Source: a virus
IMG/VR virus record: IMGVR_UViG_3300045141_000130
Location: 1-64,000 of that record
DNA length: 64,000 nucleotides
Strand: one strand, 5' to 3'
Part shown: piece by piece, positions 8,846 through 18,001 of the stretch
Numbering within the stretch: the first letter of the stretch is position 1
Layout of the letters: every line of letters starts with the position of its first letter
Program-made: the position numbers and the translations under genes
The notes under the pieces: generated by a model
What the model was told of the DNA's origin: nothing
The model's input: the letters and a program-made list of their open reading frames with translations, nothing else
Databases searched by the model: none

Positions 8846-11015
8846 GGCGCACCGTCCTTGTAGCAACGAGGCGGACCGCTGACTTCTCGACGGGGTCCGC
8901 GAGCAGCCGGGCGCGGCCTATCGGGCCCACACCGGTGGACCGCTTCGCCTGATTCTTGACGTGCTCGTTGTAGAAGCTGCCGGGACTGTCGGCCTCCACC
9001 GCGGCCTGGCCCATCGACGGCTTGGCCTTGTAGGTGTACTCGCTGCCGTTGCGCATCCGGTAGACGAGCCGCCGGGTCTGCTTCTGATAGCCGACCTTCG
9101 ACGCCATCGACGAGGCAACCCGGTGCAGCTTCACCGCGGGCGGGTGCACGGCCTGGCCGACGCGCTCCCCCAGGCCCCGCGCACTACGCCGCGCCTCGTC
9201 CTTGACCCTGTCAACCGACGTGTCGTCACGCTTTTCGATCGCCCATCGCAGGACCTTGCCGGGCAGCGGGTACTTGTCCTCCAACATCTGTCCCGAGATG
9301 CCGACCCGCTGGATGGTCCGCTTCACCGGGTTCATCGCGTTGGTGATCTTCGACGAGGAATGCTTCGGAGTGGTCAGGCTCCACGGGGTCTTACGAGACT
9401 CGGCGACCCGGTGCCTCCCACCGCCGTAGACGGTCCTCTCGGCCGTACTGCGGGGGGTGCGGTGCCGACCGATGTAGGTGTCGTCGGCCTTGGCGAGGTG
9501 CTTCGGCCCGACCGGTCCCCACGAATGTTCCGACTTCCGCTCGATCTGACGCCACTTGTTGGTCTCAGTGGAGGCCTGATGCCTTGCACCGCCAGGGTTG
9601 ACCGCCATCAGGCGATGCCTTCCAGGCGGCTTCGGCAGGGCCCTCGGACCGGCAGTGGGGATGGGCCCCTTACCCAGGAACCGGAGCACCGGCATGTCGG
9701 CCTTGGTGAGCAGCATCGCAGGTATGCCGTGCAGCCCGGGTGGCATGCCCGCGTCCATGCTGCCGAGGTAGTCGTTGACGCCAGCGATCTTGTCGGCGTG
9801 CAGGTGCAGCAGGCCGCGCACCTTGTTGGCCCGCCTCACGCCGGGGTCGGAGGAATGCCTCGGACCGTAGGCGATCCGGTGCAGGATCGGCTTGGCAGCC
9901 GCCTCGCCCGGCGCACTGTGCGCGCCCTTGGCGACGCTGTTGGCGATGCGGGCCGCGGAGCCTTTGCTGTGGCCCTTGCGCCGCAGCGCGTGGTAGGTGT
10001 CCCAGTCCTTGACCTCCGGCCCCATCTTGGCGACCGTGGTGCGCGTACCGGTGCCGTGAATGGAGAAGCCGGTGCGTTCGCCGGACTTCACCATCGCCCA
10101 CTGCGCGTCGTCGTTGACGTGGAAGCCCACCCACCAGCCGATCGGCAGGGCGTCGGGCGGCAGGCCCATCTTGGACAGCTTCTCCGGGGTGACGACGAAG
10201 GACTCGATCAGGTCGGAGGTGTGCTTCGGGGAGTCGTAGGCCTTCGCTACCCGGGCGTGCATGTCGCCGCCCTTGCGGGACTCCAGCACATAGCGGTAGG
10301 CGGCCTTCTCCGTCTCCTCGATGGGGACGATGTCGCCCTGCAGGTCCAGCACCGGCCTGCCGCCCATCGAGGACACCGACGCCCAACCGAACACCTGACG
10401 CTTGTCGGCGTCGACCTTGGAGATGGTGCCGGTCCAGGTGACCGACTTGCCGAACAGGCGGCCCGGTGCGGTGGGGGTGATGCTCGGCCTGCGCGCCCGC
10501 AGGCTCGGCACCCGCGCACCCATCGGGTTGAGCGGCCGCAGCCGGAATGCCTTCGCAACGCCCGCGGGCTGCACGCCCGGCTTCGGCTGCTTGTTCAACG
10601 CCTGGATCTGGGCCCGGGCACCCAAGGTGTCGCCCAGCAACTCCACGCCGTGTAGGGCCAGGGCCCCACCGCCCACCACCGCGGCGGCCTTTGCCGGGTT
10701 GAGACGAGTCACCCTAGCCACGGCCCGGGTGACCCGCCCCGTCTTACCGGCCACGGCTTCGCCAGAACGGACCTTGTTCTCTACCGTGGTGGCCTTGATG
10801 GCGTGCAACCCGGCCACACCGGCCAGGCCGGTGGACGCCAGGCCCACACCGGCCAGGACCTTCTCGCGTCGGGCCTTCTTGGCGTTGACGTCCCCGTCGA
10901 TGTGCACATCGGGGCTGTCCGACATGAACTTGGCGAGTTCACGCGGGTCGACACCATCTCCGTAGATCGCCTTGGCGATCTCGGCGAACACCGGCGACAC
11001 CGGCATGCGTGGCAT
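8838..11015 (-). CDS. Capsid maturation protease (XkdF-like) multidomain protein with C-terminal KTSC domain
   Basis: ISKVDADKRQVFGWAS...DLQGD...EKAAY...MH...IESF...GWWVGF...W..VKSGERTGFSIHG is XkdF-like; VASSMASKVGY...L....RNGSEYTY...ADSPGSFYNEHVK is KTSC-like; exact start uncertain. Confidence 0.8.
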   Translation of the reverse strand: MPRMPVSPVFAEIAKAIYGDGVDPRELAKFMSDSPDVHIDGDVNAKKARREKVLAGVGLASTGLAGVAGLHAIKATTVENKVRSGEAVAGKTGRVTRAVARVTRLNPAKAAAVVGGGALALHGVELLGDTLGARAQIQALNKQPKPGVQPAGVAKAFRLRPLNPMGARVPSLRARRPSITPTAPGRLFGKSVTWTGTISKVDADKRQVFGWASVSSMGGRPVLDLQGDIVPIEETEKAAYRYVLESRKGGDMHARVAKAYDSPKHTSDLIESFVVTPEKLSKMGLPPDALPIGWWVGFHVNDDAQWAMVKSGERTGFSIHGTGTRTTVAKMGPEVKDWDTYHALRRKGHSKGSAARIANSVAKGAHSAPGEAAAKPILHRIAYGPRHSSDPGVRRANKVRGLLHLHADKIAGVNDYLGSMDAGMPPGLHGIPAMLLTKADMPVLRFLGKGPIPTAGPRALPKPPGRHRLMAVNPGGARHQASTETNKWRQIERKSEHSWGPVGPKHLAKADDTYIGRHRTPRSTAERTVYGGGRHRVAESRKTPWSLTTPKHSSSKITNAMNPVKRTIQRVGISGQMLEDKYPLPGKVLRWAIEKRDDTSVDRVKDEARRSARGLGERVGQAVHPPAVKLHRVASSMASKVGYQKQTRRLVYRMRNGSEYTYKAKPSMGQAAVEADSPGSFYNEHVKNQAKRSTGVGPIGRARLLADPVEKSAVRLVATRTVRHA

Positions 11016-11037
11016 ACCCCCAGTCTCGGAAGGCCCG

Positions 11038-12822
11038 CTAGACGCGGGGGTCGGGTCGCACCTTGACCTCACGGAGCCCGATGATCCCCGGAGGGGCCTG
11101 CGAACCGAGTTCGCCCAGCGCCGATCGGTAGCGCACCCAAGCGGTCTGGTACCTGCCGGTGAGGTCGTGCTTGCGGTTGACGTCGCGGGGGGTGAAACCG
11201 CCTGCGAAGCTGATGAAGCTGGGTATCTGGGCGTCGAGCAGCGCCTTGTAGCCGGGCCGCATGTCCCGCCACTCCCGCACGTTGTCGATGATGTCCCCGG
11301 CCTGTGCGACCACCTGCTGACGCTTCCCCTCCTGCGACATGGGCAGGTCGTCGACGTCTCTCATCATCTGGCGACCGAGTTCGACAAACACCTGCGGCTT
11401 GTGCCAGACCGCGTAGTCGCACATGGCCTCGATCGCGCTGCCGTCGTACTTCTCCGGGTGGTGCTCATAGTTGGCGGTGTTCTCGGTGATCTCTTTCTTG
11501 ATCGTGTCGAGGGACGCCTTGTCGGAGAATCCGGCCCACTCCCCGAAGGTGTGGATCTCGGCGGGCGTCATCTGCTGCAGCACCTGTGCGGTATGCGCCA
11601 ACGCGGTCGACCACAGCGAATGCATGACGTCGGAGATGTCCTCCCAGCCCTTCGGGTCGACGTAGGGCCGCGACTCCACGTCCACCCCCCACGGGTCGGG
11701 CGCCCGATGCGTGCCGATCTGCGCACCCTGGGCGTTGCGACCTTGGGCCAGGTGCAGGCCGATCTCACTGAAGTCGATGGGCTCCCCGTAGGCGTCCCCG
11801 GCGTTGGCGAACTCGCCACCCTTTCCGGTGAAGTAGCCCCCCAGGCTGGCCACCGGGACGTAGTGCTTGTCCAGGTGCCGTTCCCTCGGGTCCTCCTTCA
11901 GGTCCTCCGGCTCCACATCGCCGGGCTGCTTGCGCATGAAGTAGACGTAGTTCTGCTGCTTCGGCTTGGCCTCGGCGAACAGGTCCTCCCCGGCAGCAGA
12001 GAAGTCGGCCTGCTTCTGCGACGGCCCGGCAGCGGCGAACGGGTCGGTCTTGGTCCTGGCCGCGGCGAACGGATCACCCCTGGCGGCAGCGAACGAGTCC
12101 CTCCGGGCGGCGGCGGCGAACGGGCCCGCGCCTGCGGCGGCGAACGGGTTGGCCCTGGCCGCGGTGAACGGATCGACCTGCGGCCTCTCCTCGGCGATCT
12201 GGATCCCGGCCAGCGGATCCTTCTCCTTCACCCTCTCCTTCACCGGCTTCCCGACCGGACCGCGGGTCCACTTGCCATCACTGTCGCGGCGCTCCTGTGG
12301 GTCATAGGCCTTGGCGACGGCATCTCGGGCGCCGTCCCAGGCCTTGATCTCGGTGCGCGCCAACGTTTCTGCGTACGCGAGTGTGGTACGCACAGCGGTG
12401 CGGGCGAGGGAGTCGGGAGCCGCGCCCGCACCACTGGCGTTCGGGGTCGGCATGGCCCCGCCTAACAGGCCGCGCAGCCTGCGGGCGTCCAGGCCGTACC
12501 CGGCCAGGACCCGCTGCCATGCAACCTCGGGATTCCAGCCACGATCGAGGAGGACGTCCATGCCGACGGCCAGACCTTTCGCCGCTGAGTCGGACAGCAG
12601 GTTGGCCAGCTGGTCGGCGTACTCCTCGGCTGCGAATCCGGCCAGATGTGCCGATGCACCTTCGACCAGCTTCAGCCAGTGGGGCAGACACCGGTTGAAC
12701 GTCGTCTTGGCCTGCGCCTCGATGCGACCCACCTCGGGCCGCTGCTCCTGCAGGTGCTGACGCACGACCTGCCACATCGCCAGGATCGACGCGGCCAGGT
12801 CGTCGTCAACGGCGGTCGTCAC
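11038..12822 (-). CDS. Large head-associated hypothetical protein with DPFAAA repeats
   Basis: 594 aa coupled to neighbours; KAYDPQERRDSDGKWT motif of the kind seen in phage head-morphogenesis proteins. Confidence 0.65.
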   Translation of the reverse strand: MTTAVDDDLAASILAMWQVVRQHLQEQRPEVGRIEAQAKTTFNRCLPHWLKLVEGASAHLAGFAAEEYADQLANLLSDSAAKGLAVGMDVLLDRGWNPEVAWQRVLAGYGLDARRLRGLLGGAMPTPNASGAGAAPDSLARTAVRTTLAYAETLARTEIKAWDGARDAVAKAYDPQERRDSDGKWTRGPVGKPVKERVKEKDPLAGIQIAEERPQVDPFTAARANPFAAAGAGPFAAAARRDSFAAARGDPFAAARTKTDPFAAAGPSQKQADFSAAGEDLFAEAKPKQQNYVYFMRKQPGDVEPEDLKEDPRERHLDKHYVPVASLGGYFTGKGGEFANAGDAYGEPIDFSEIGLHLAQGRNAQGAQIGTHRAPDPWGVDVESRPYVDPKGWEDISDVMHSLWSTALAHTAQVLQQMTPAEIHTFGEWAGFSDKASLDTIKKEITENTANYEHHPEKYDGSAIEAMCDYAVWHKPQVFVELGRQMMRDVDDLPMSQEGKRQQVVAQAGDIIDNVREWRDMRPGYKALLDAQIPSFISFAGGFTPRDVNRKHDLTGRYQTAWVRYRSALGELGSQAPPGIIGLREVKVRPDPRV

Positions 12823-15800
12823 GGACCAATCCGCCTGCGCGATGGGTTCGCGTCATCGTCCGCGTCGACGACGTTCTGGCGGTACATCTGCCCGGCCTGC
12901 TGGAGGTACGGGGCCAGCGCATCAGGGTCGTTCGGGTCGATCTTGTCCTGGACGACGACCGTGACGTTGGGCTGGGGCAGACGCTGGGTGGGCGCAGGTG
13001 CTGGTGCGGCACGCTTGGCACGGTCGTGCAGCCGGTTCAGCTGGGTGCCGCGCATGAACCCTTCGGCGGTTTCGAGGACCATCTTCTCGTCGTCCGGTCC
13101 GACGTTCCCGCTGCGATAGTCCTGCAGGTACTTCCCGTGCATGGTCCGGAGCGACTTCTCCGCGGTGCCGCGCTGGGTGACGAAGTTGGGATCGTCGACC
13201 TCCTTGGGTAGCCATCCGGCGCCGATGAGTGGGGCAATCACCGGATCGGTGCGATAGACGTTCGCAATGTGTTCCGGGGTGGGCTGCTGTGCGGCGTCGT
13301 AGGCGATGGGGTCGGCACCGGGGAAGTTGTGGTCCTCGTGCAGTTCCATCATTCGCAGAGGTAGGGCCTTCGGGAGTTCCTTCGCTGCCGCACCCCTGCC
13401 ACCGCCGAGATACTCCTGCTTGATCCCCGGATCGACGGCGACCGGGGGGTTCGGTCCGGTCGCCAGGGCGAGGACGTGATCCATCAGGGCGCGGGTCGCC
13501 GGTGCCGTCGCCGGGTTGGCGAGGTTTGCGGCATGGGTCTCCTTCGGGGTCTCGAAGAAGGTCTTGAAGCCCGCATAGTGCCCCCCGACAGGGAAGTACT
13601 GGTCGGCAATCGCGGCTCGGATGGGGGTGTTGCTCACCTGGATGGCGGCCTGGTTGTCGGCAGTAACCACCGCACCGTCTGCGAAGTTCTCCTGGTCCCG
13701 CAGGTGGTCCAGCATGTTCATGTCGGCGGCGTAGCGGGCCTGTTCCGCGGCCCGCTGAGCGGTAGGCGATGCAGCACGAGCACCGCCAGCGGCGGGCGCA
13801 GCAGCGCCAGCACCAGCACCAGCAGCAGCAGCGCCACCGGCCACCGGACGTGCGACAGCATGCTTGGGGGCTTTCGCGCCGCCGTGCACCCGGCGGTTCT
13901 GGTAGCGGATCGTCTGCGCCGACACCTTGCCGCTGTGCGTGTCGCCGACCTCGCCGAACACGTCCATGGAGAAGTACCCGGCCTCGGCCTTCTCCGGCCG
14001 GTTGTGTCGGGGCTGCACGTAGCCGGTGTCGGGGGTGTTCTTGTGCGACTTGGCCGAAGGTTCCAAGCCGAACGCATCGGCCCACGGCTGGAACTTCACG
14101 CTGGCGATGTAGTAGGGGAACTGCTCCTGCAGGGCGTGCAGGGCGTCGTCGTATCCGCTGCCGTTCAGCGCCAGCGGGTGCACGCGCTGGATGTTCGCCT
14201 GCCGTGCCTTGTCCAGGGCGAGGTCCAGGCCCTTCAGGTTGCGCTCGCTGTTGGGCAGTTCCGCGACGATGTTGCGGATGCTGGCCTCGTCGTCACCTGG
14301 AACGATCAACCGCTCGGCCGCCAGGGCCTTGTAATGCTCCGGGCCGCCCTGTATCCGCTGGCCGCCCATCGTGTCGTTGAGGGCGAGCTTGGCCGCCATG
14401 GACGTGGCGGCACGGCTCGTCAGTTCCTCGGGTGTCGACCAGCCCTTGTTGCCGTCGTCGTAGCGCATGCCCAGCTGGTCCATCCATTCCCGGGCCGTCT
14501 CCCCCCTCTCCTCCCTGGACAGGATGGGATCCACCCGCTCGCCCTGCACCCGGCGCCTGACCTCGTCCTTGAACTCCTCGGAGTCCGGCGGCATCCGGGT
14601 CTCCCGGCCCACCTGGTCCCTGATCTCGGCGCGACGGGAGCCGGAGATGTCACCGCGGCCCACCTTGCCGCTGCGCAGCGCATCCAGCAGCTGGCCGTAG
14701 CGGCCCACCATCCGGGCAGCCTTGTCGTTGAACCGGCGGCCGCCGCGCAGGTTGCGGTCGAACTCGACGTTGTAGACGCCGTTGTGGCTGACCACCGTCA
14801 ACTTGCGGGCACCGGAGATCAGACCGGTGTACAGGTCCTCGGTGGTGGGGCCGCCGAAGGTGCGGGTGCGGATGTAGTCGCCGCCCTTCAGCGACGCCAG
14901 GTGCTTGAGGTTGAACGGCAGGTACCAGTCATCGGCGTAGCCGACCGACTGGTGCTGCAGTGCACCCTCACGGGTGATGACGACACCCTCGCTGGGCGGG
15001 ATCACCCCGGAGCGGCGCTGCAGTTCGTTCAGGTCCGGGTTGGGGAGGTGCTCGCGGAAGTAGTTCAGCACCTGACCGGGATCCCAGCCGATCTCCCGCT
15101 TCTCCGGGTCGGTGCCCCGGATGTGCCCACCCTCGGTGCGGGTGATGGTGGCGCCCCGGATCATGCTGCCCTCGGTGGCGGTCCGTCGGACGCCGTTGTG
15201 GCTCTGATCCCTGGAGGTGCGCTTGACCGCACCGAAGGCGTCCAGCAGGGCCCTGTCCGGGGTTCTCTCCGTGCCCCGGTAGCGGTAGGCGGTGCGGTCG
15301 GCGATGGGGCCGATCACCTTCTGCGCCTCCGGGCCGAACTGCCCGACGTGGTTGGCGACCTCCAGGGCGTACTGCAGCTTCAGCGGGGCGTTCGGACCCA
15401 GGCCTTCCTGCAGCAGCTTGGTGCCGTGCTGCAGATGTCCGAAGGCCCGACTCGTCGCCGAATAGGGCTCGTTGCTGCCCGGCGCGTATTCCGCACCTTC
15501 TTCCGCGGCGAAGGTGTGGAACGCCTGGCCGGGCTTGCTGGCGGTGACGCCAGCGAGCCCCCGGGCGTTGTAGGCGGCCCCAGGTTGCGATGCGCCGATG
15601 CCCTGCAAGCCCATCATCATCGCGGAGGCCGGGGTGACGCTCGGCTGGACCGTGACGCCTGCCCCGACGACCCGCGAGTTCGCCTTCAGCTGGTCGTGGA
15701 AGGCCCCCATCTTGCCGTCCTTGTCGACATGGACGACGTGCTCGACCTGGGTCCCGTCCCCGTGCTCGATGTTCAGGTGGAGCATCGGGTTCATGCCCGC

Positions 15801-16373
15801 GCCCGAGTAGGGATGCAGCATGTCCCGGACCTGTTGGTATGCCTGCTGGTAGTGGGACAGGTCCTTACCCTGCAGGTTGGCCTTCGGGACGCCGTACGCG
15901 GCCTTCATGGCGTCCTGGTCCTTGGCGGGCATTCCCTCGTGGGTGACGATCTCCTTCGGTCCCTCCGGGGCGAAACGGCCCTGGATGCGCCTACGGCTGG
16001 AGGCGTTCTCCTGCGAGTACTTGGACCGCTGTCCGAACGACCAGTCGAACGCCTTGCCGATCTCCACCAGGCAGGCGATCTCGTGGGTGTTGTCCTCCCC
16101 GCGGCGCTGCTTGGCCACGGCCTGGCGGCTGTAGTACCGGCGCAGCCGATCCGCCCGGTCGGCCGCACCAGCCTCGGCGGCCTTGGCGAGTTCCACGTAG
16201 TTGTGCCAGTAGTCGAAGTTGTTGCAGGCGGCCAGGACGATGTTGCCGAACAGCTGTGACTCGCCCTCGTCCATCGCGGCCATCGCCTTATAGATGACCT
16301 CGGCGGCCTGCCGGTTGAACCCCCGGGGCTGCCCGCCCCACGGGTCGTGGCGAACCAGGGTGGCGCGTGTCAT
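12819..16373 (-). CDS. Very large head-associated hypothetical protein (1184 aa)
   Basis: ATGA overlap with the portal stop; protein-like composition; function not recognised. Confidence 0.7.
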   Translation of the reverse strand: MTRATLVRHDPWGGQPRGFNRQAAEVIYKAMAAMDEGESQLFGNIVLAACNNFDYWHNYVELAKAAEAGAADRADRLRRYYSRQAVAKQRRGEDNTHEIACLVEIGKAFDWSFGQRSKYSQENASSRRRIQGRFAPEGPKEIVTHEGMPAKDQDAMKAAYGVPKANLQGKDLSHYQQAYQQVRDMLHPYSGAGMNPMLHLNIEHGDGTQVEHVVHVDKDGKMGAFHDQLKANSRVVGAGVTVQPSVTPASAMMMGLQGIGASQPGAAYNARGLAGVTASKPGQAFHTFAAEEGAEYAPGSNEPYSATSRAFGHLQHGTKLLQEGLGPNAPLKLQYALEVANHVGQFGPEAQKVIGPIADRTAYRYRGTERTPDRALLDAFGAVKRTSRDQSHNGVRRTATEGSMIRGATITRTEGGHIRGTDPEKREIGWDPGQVLNYFREHLPNPDLNELQRRSGVIPPSEGVVITREGALQHQSVGYADDWYLPFNLKHLASLKGGDYIRTRTFGGPTTEDLYTGLISGARKLTVVSHNGVYNVEFDRNLRGGRRFNDKAARMVGRYGQLLDALRSGKVGRGDISGSRRAEIRDQVGRETRMPPDSEEFKDEVRRRVQGERVDPILSREERGETAREWMDQLGMRYDDGNKGWSTPEELTSRAATSMAAKLALNDTMGGQRIQGGPEHYKALAAERLIVPGDDEASIRNIVAELPNSERNLKGLDLALDKARQANIQRVHPLALNGSGYDDALHALQEQFPYYIASVKFQPWADAFGLEPSAKSHKNTPDTGYVQPRHNRPEKAEAGYFSMDVFGEVGDTHSGKVSAQTIRYQNRRVHGGAKAPKHAVARPVAGGAAAAGAGAGAAAPAAGGARAASPTAQRAAEQARYAADMNMLDHLRDQENFADGAVVTADNQAAIQVSNTPIRAAIADQYFPVGGHYAGFKTFFETPKETHAANLANPATAPATRALMDHVLALATGPNPPVAVDPGIKQEYLGGGRGAAAKELPKALPLRMMELHEDHNFPGADPIAYDAAQQPTPEHIANVYRTDPVIAPLIGAGWLPKEVDDPNFVTQRGTAEKSLRTMHGKYLQDYRSGNVGPDDEKMVLETAEGFMRGTQLNRLHDRAKRAAPAPAPTQRLPQPNVTVVVQDKIDPNDPDALAPYLQQAGQMYRQNVVDADDDANPSRRRIGP

Positions 16374-17953
16374 GACTTCCCCTTCTTCGCCGGGGCCTTG
16401 CCGTTGGTCGCAGCGGTCTTCTTCGCTTCGGCCTTCTTCGCGTCGGCGGCATCCTGGCGACCAGCGACGAACTGGGCGCCCTTCAGGTCCTGGTCCTGTG
16501 CCGTCCCAGCGATCTGCTGCTCGCCCTGCGCGGCCTGCTGCTCCATTTGCAGGCCCTGCATCTTCATCTGCGCCAGTTGCATGACGGCCTGGTCGCGGGC
16601 CGCCTGGTCGTGCGCCGCGGTGATGTCCGGCCCCTGTTGCGGCAGCCGGGCCGCGTCGCGGATGAACTTCTCCAGTTCGCCGTCGGGGAACCAGGTCATG
16701 CCCGCCGAGGCGGTGGACATGATGAACTGCGCCAGCTGCGTCAGGTCCGGCGGGTCGACGTCACTGGGCACCAGCTTGGGCAGCTTCTCCGGCTGGATGC
16801 CGTTGAGCTTGAGCAGCTGCGGGATCGCCTTGCGGTTGATCGGGTCGGCGATGGCCTTGGCGATGCCGTTCACACCGGTGCGGAAGATCCCCGACTTGTC
16901 GGTGTGCAGGGCGTAGGAGCCGCCGTTGTTCTCGTGCCCGGTCATGATGAAGTCGGCCATGACCGACATCAGCATCCGGGTCTCGTAGCGCTCGATGATG
17001 CCGTCGATGTTGAACTGGCGGGACCCGCCGGAGGCCAGCAGCTTGAAGTCGTACTGCAGGTTGCGGTCGTCGTCGTAGGACAGCGGCCACACCAGTCCGT
17101 CCTGCTCGTTGCGACGAACCGCCGTCACGGCCTGCTTCACGGCCTGCAGCATCTTGGCCTCGTCGCTGCCGGGCCGCGGGTTCAGCACGTTGGGCGGCAC
17201 GTAGGCGACCGGCAGACCGGCCAGGTCGCGCTCGGCGCCGATGGCCTCGATCTCCTCCAGGCGCTTGATCATGAACCAGGGCCGGTAGGCGGTGCGGAGC
17301 AGCGACTTGCCCTCGGGCGAGCCCTTGTTGACCTGCGGTCGGAACAGCAGGCACCGCTTCATCGGCAACGTGATGCGCTGGTAGCGGGGTGCGGGCATCT
17401 GCACCATGGCCAGCACTTCGCCGGTTTCGCTGAACACCCAGCGCAGCATCGAATCCTGGGTGCGTGGGGAGAACTTGCGCCACCCCATGCGCCCGTCGGC
17501 GTGCTTGGAACGGTTCATCGGGTTCGGCGCCCACATCCCCATGCGGCGCTTGTAGACGATCTCGTTCAGGGACCAGCCGTAGGTGAGGCAGGTGCAGGCC
17601 TCGGAGACGACGTCGGCGAACCCGACGTCCAGGTCGTCCAGGCATTCCTCGACGAACTCGGCGATGGCCTTGTCGTTCGGGTCATCACTGGCCGGTTCGA
17701 CCCGCCACTCGATCTGGCGCAGCAGTTGGGTGACCGTGTACAGCCAGGCCCCCAGCACTGGACTGTTCTCGGACATCTCCCGGTAGACCTTGATGGCCTG
17801 CCGTCCGCGCAGCTGCGGCAGGAACTCATCCTGGACATATCCACCGGAGCGCTTCAGCCCGGTACGGCCGACCTCCAGCTGCGGCGGGAAGTTCTTGATC
17901 TCGTCGCCGAGGTCGGCATCAAGGATCTGATCGCCCGCAAAAGGTCGGGTCAC
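16370..17953 (-). CDS. Portal protein
   Basis: 527 aa after terminase; EVGRTGL...EFLPQLRG...VYREM, SPEGKSLLRTAYRPW, IGAERDLAGLP, GSYAL motifs. Confidence 0.9.
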   Translation of the reverse strand: MTRPFAGDQILDADLGDEIKNFPPQLEVGRTGLKRSGGYVQDEFLPQLRGRQAIKVYREMSENSPVLGAWLYTVTQLLRQIEWRVEPASDDPNDKAIAEFVEECLDDLDVGFADVVSEACTCLTYGWSLNEIVYKRRMGMWAPNPMNRSKHADGRMGWRKFSPRTQDSMLRWVFSETGEVLAMVQMPAPRYQRITLPMKRCLLFRPQVNKGSPEGKSLLRTAYRPWFMIKRLEEIEAIGAERDLAGLPVAYVPPNVLNPRPGSDEAKMLQAVKQAVTAVRRNEQDGLVWPLSYDDDRNLQYDFKLLASGGSRQFNIDGIIERYETRMLMSVMADFIMTGHENNGGSYALHTDKSGIFRTGVNGIAKAIADPINRKAIPQLLKLNGIQPEKLPKLVPSDVDPPDLTQLAQFIMSTASAGMTWFPDGELEKFIRDAARLPQQGPDITAAHDQAARDQAVMQLAQMKMQGLQMEQQAAQGEQQIAGTAQDQDLKGAQFVAGRQDAADAKKAEAKKTAATNGKAPAKKGKS

Positions 17954-18001
17954 TTCGGAAGCCTCCTCATGGCCTGATTGTCACCGGGGGTTCACGACGC
18001 A

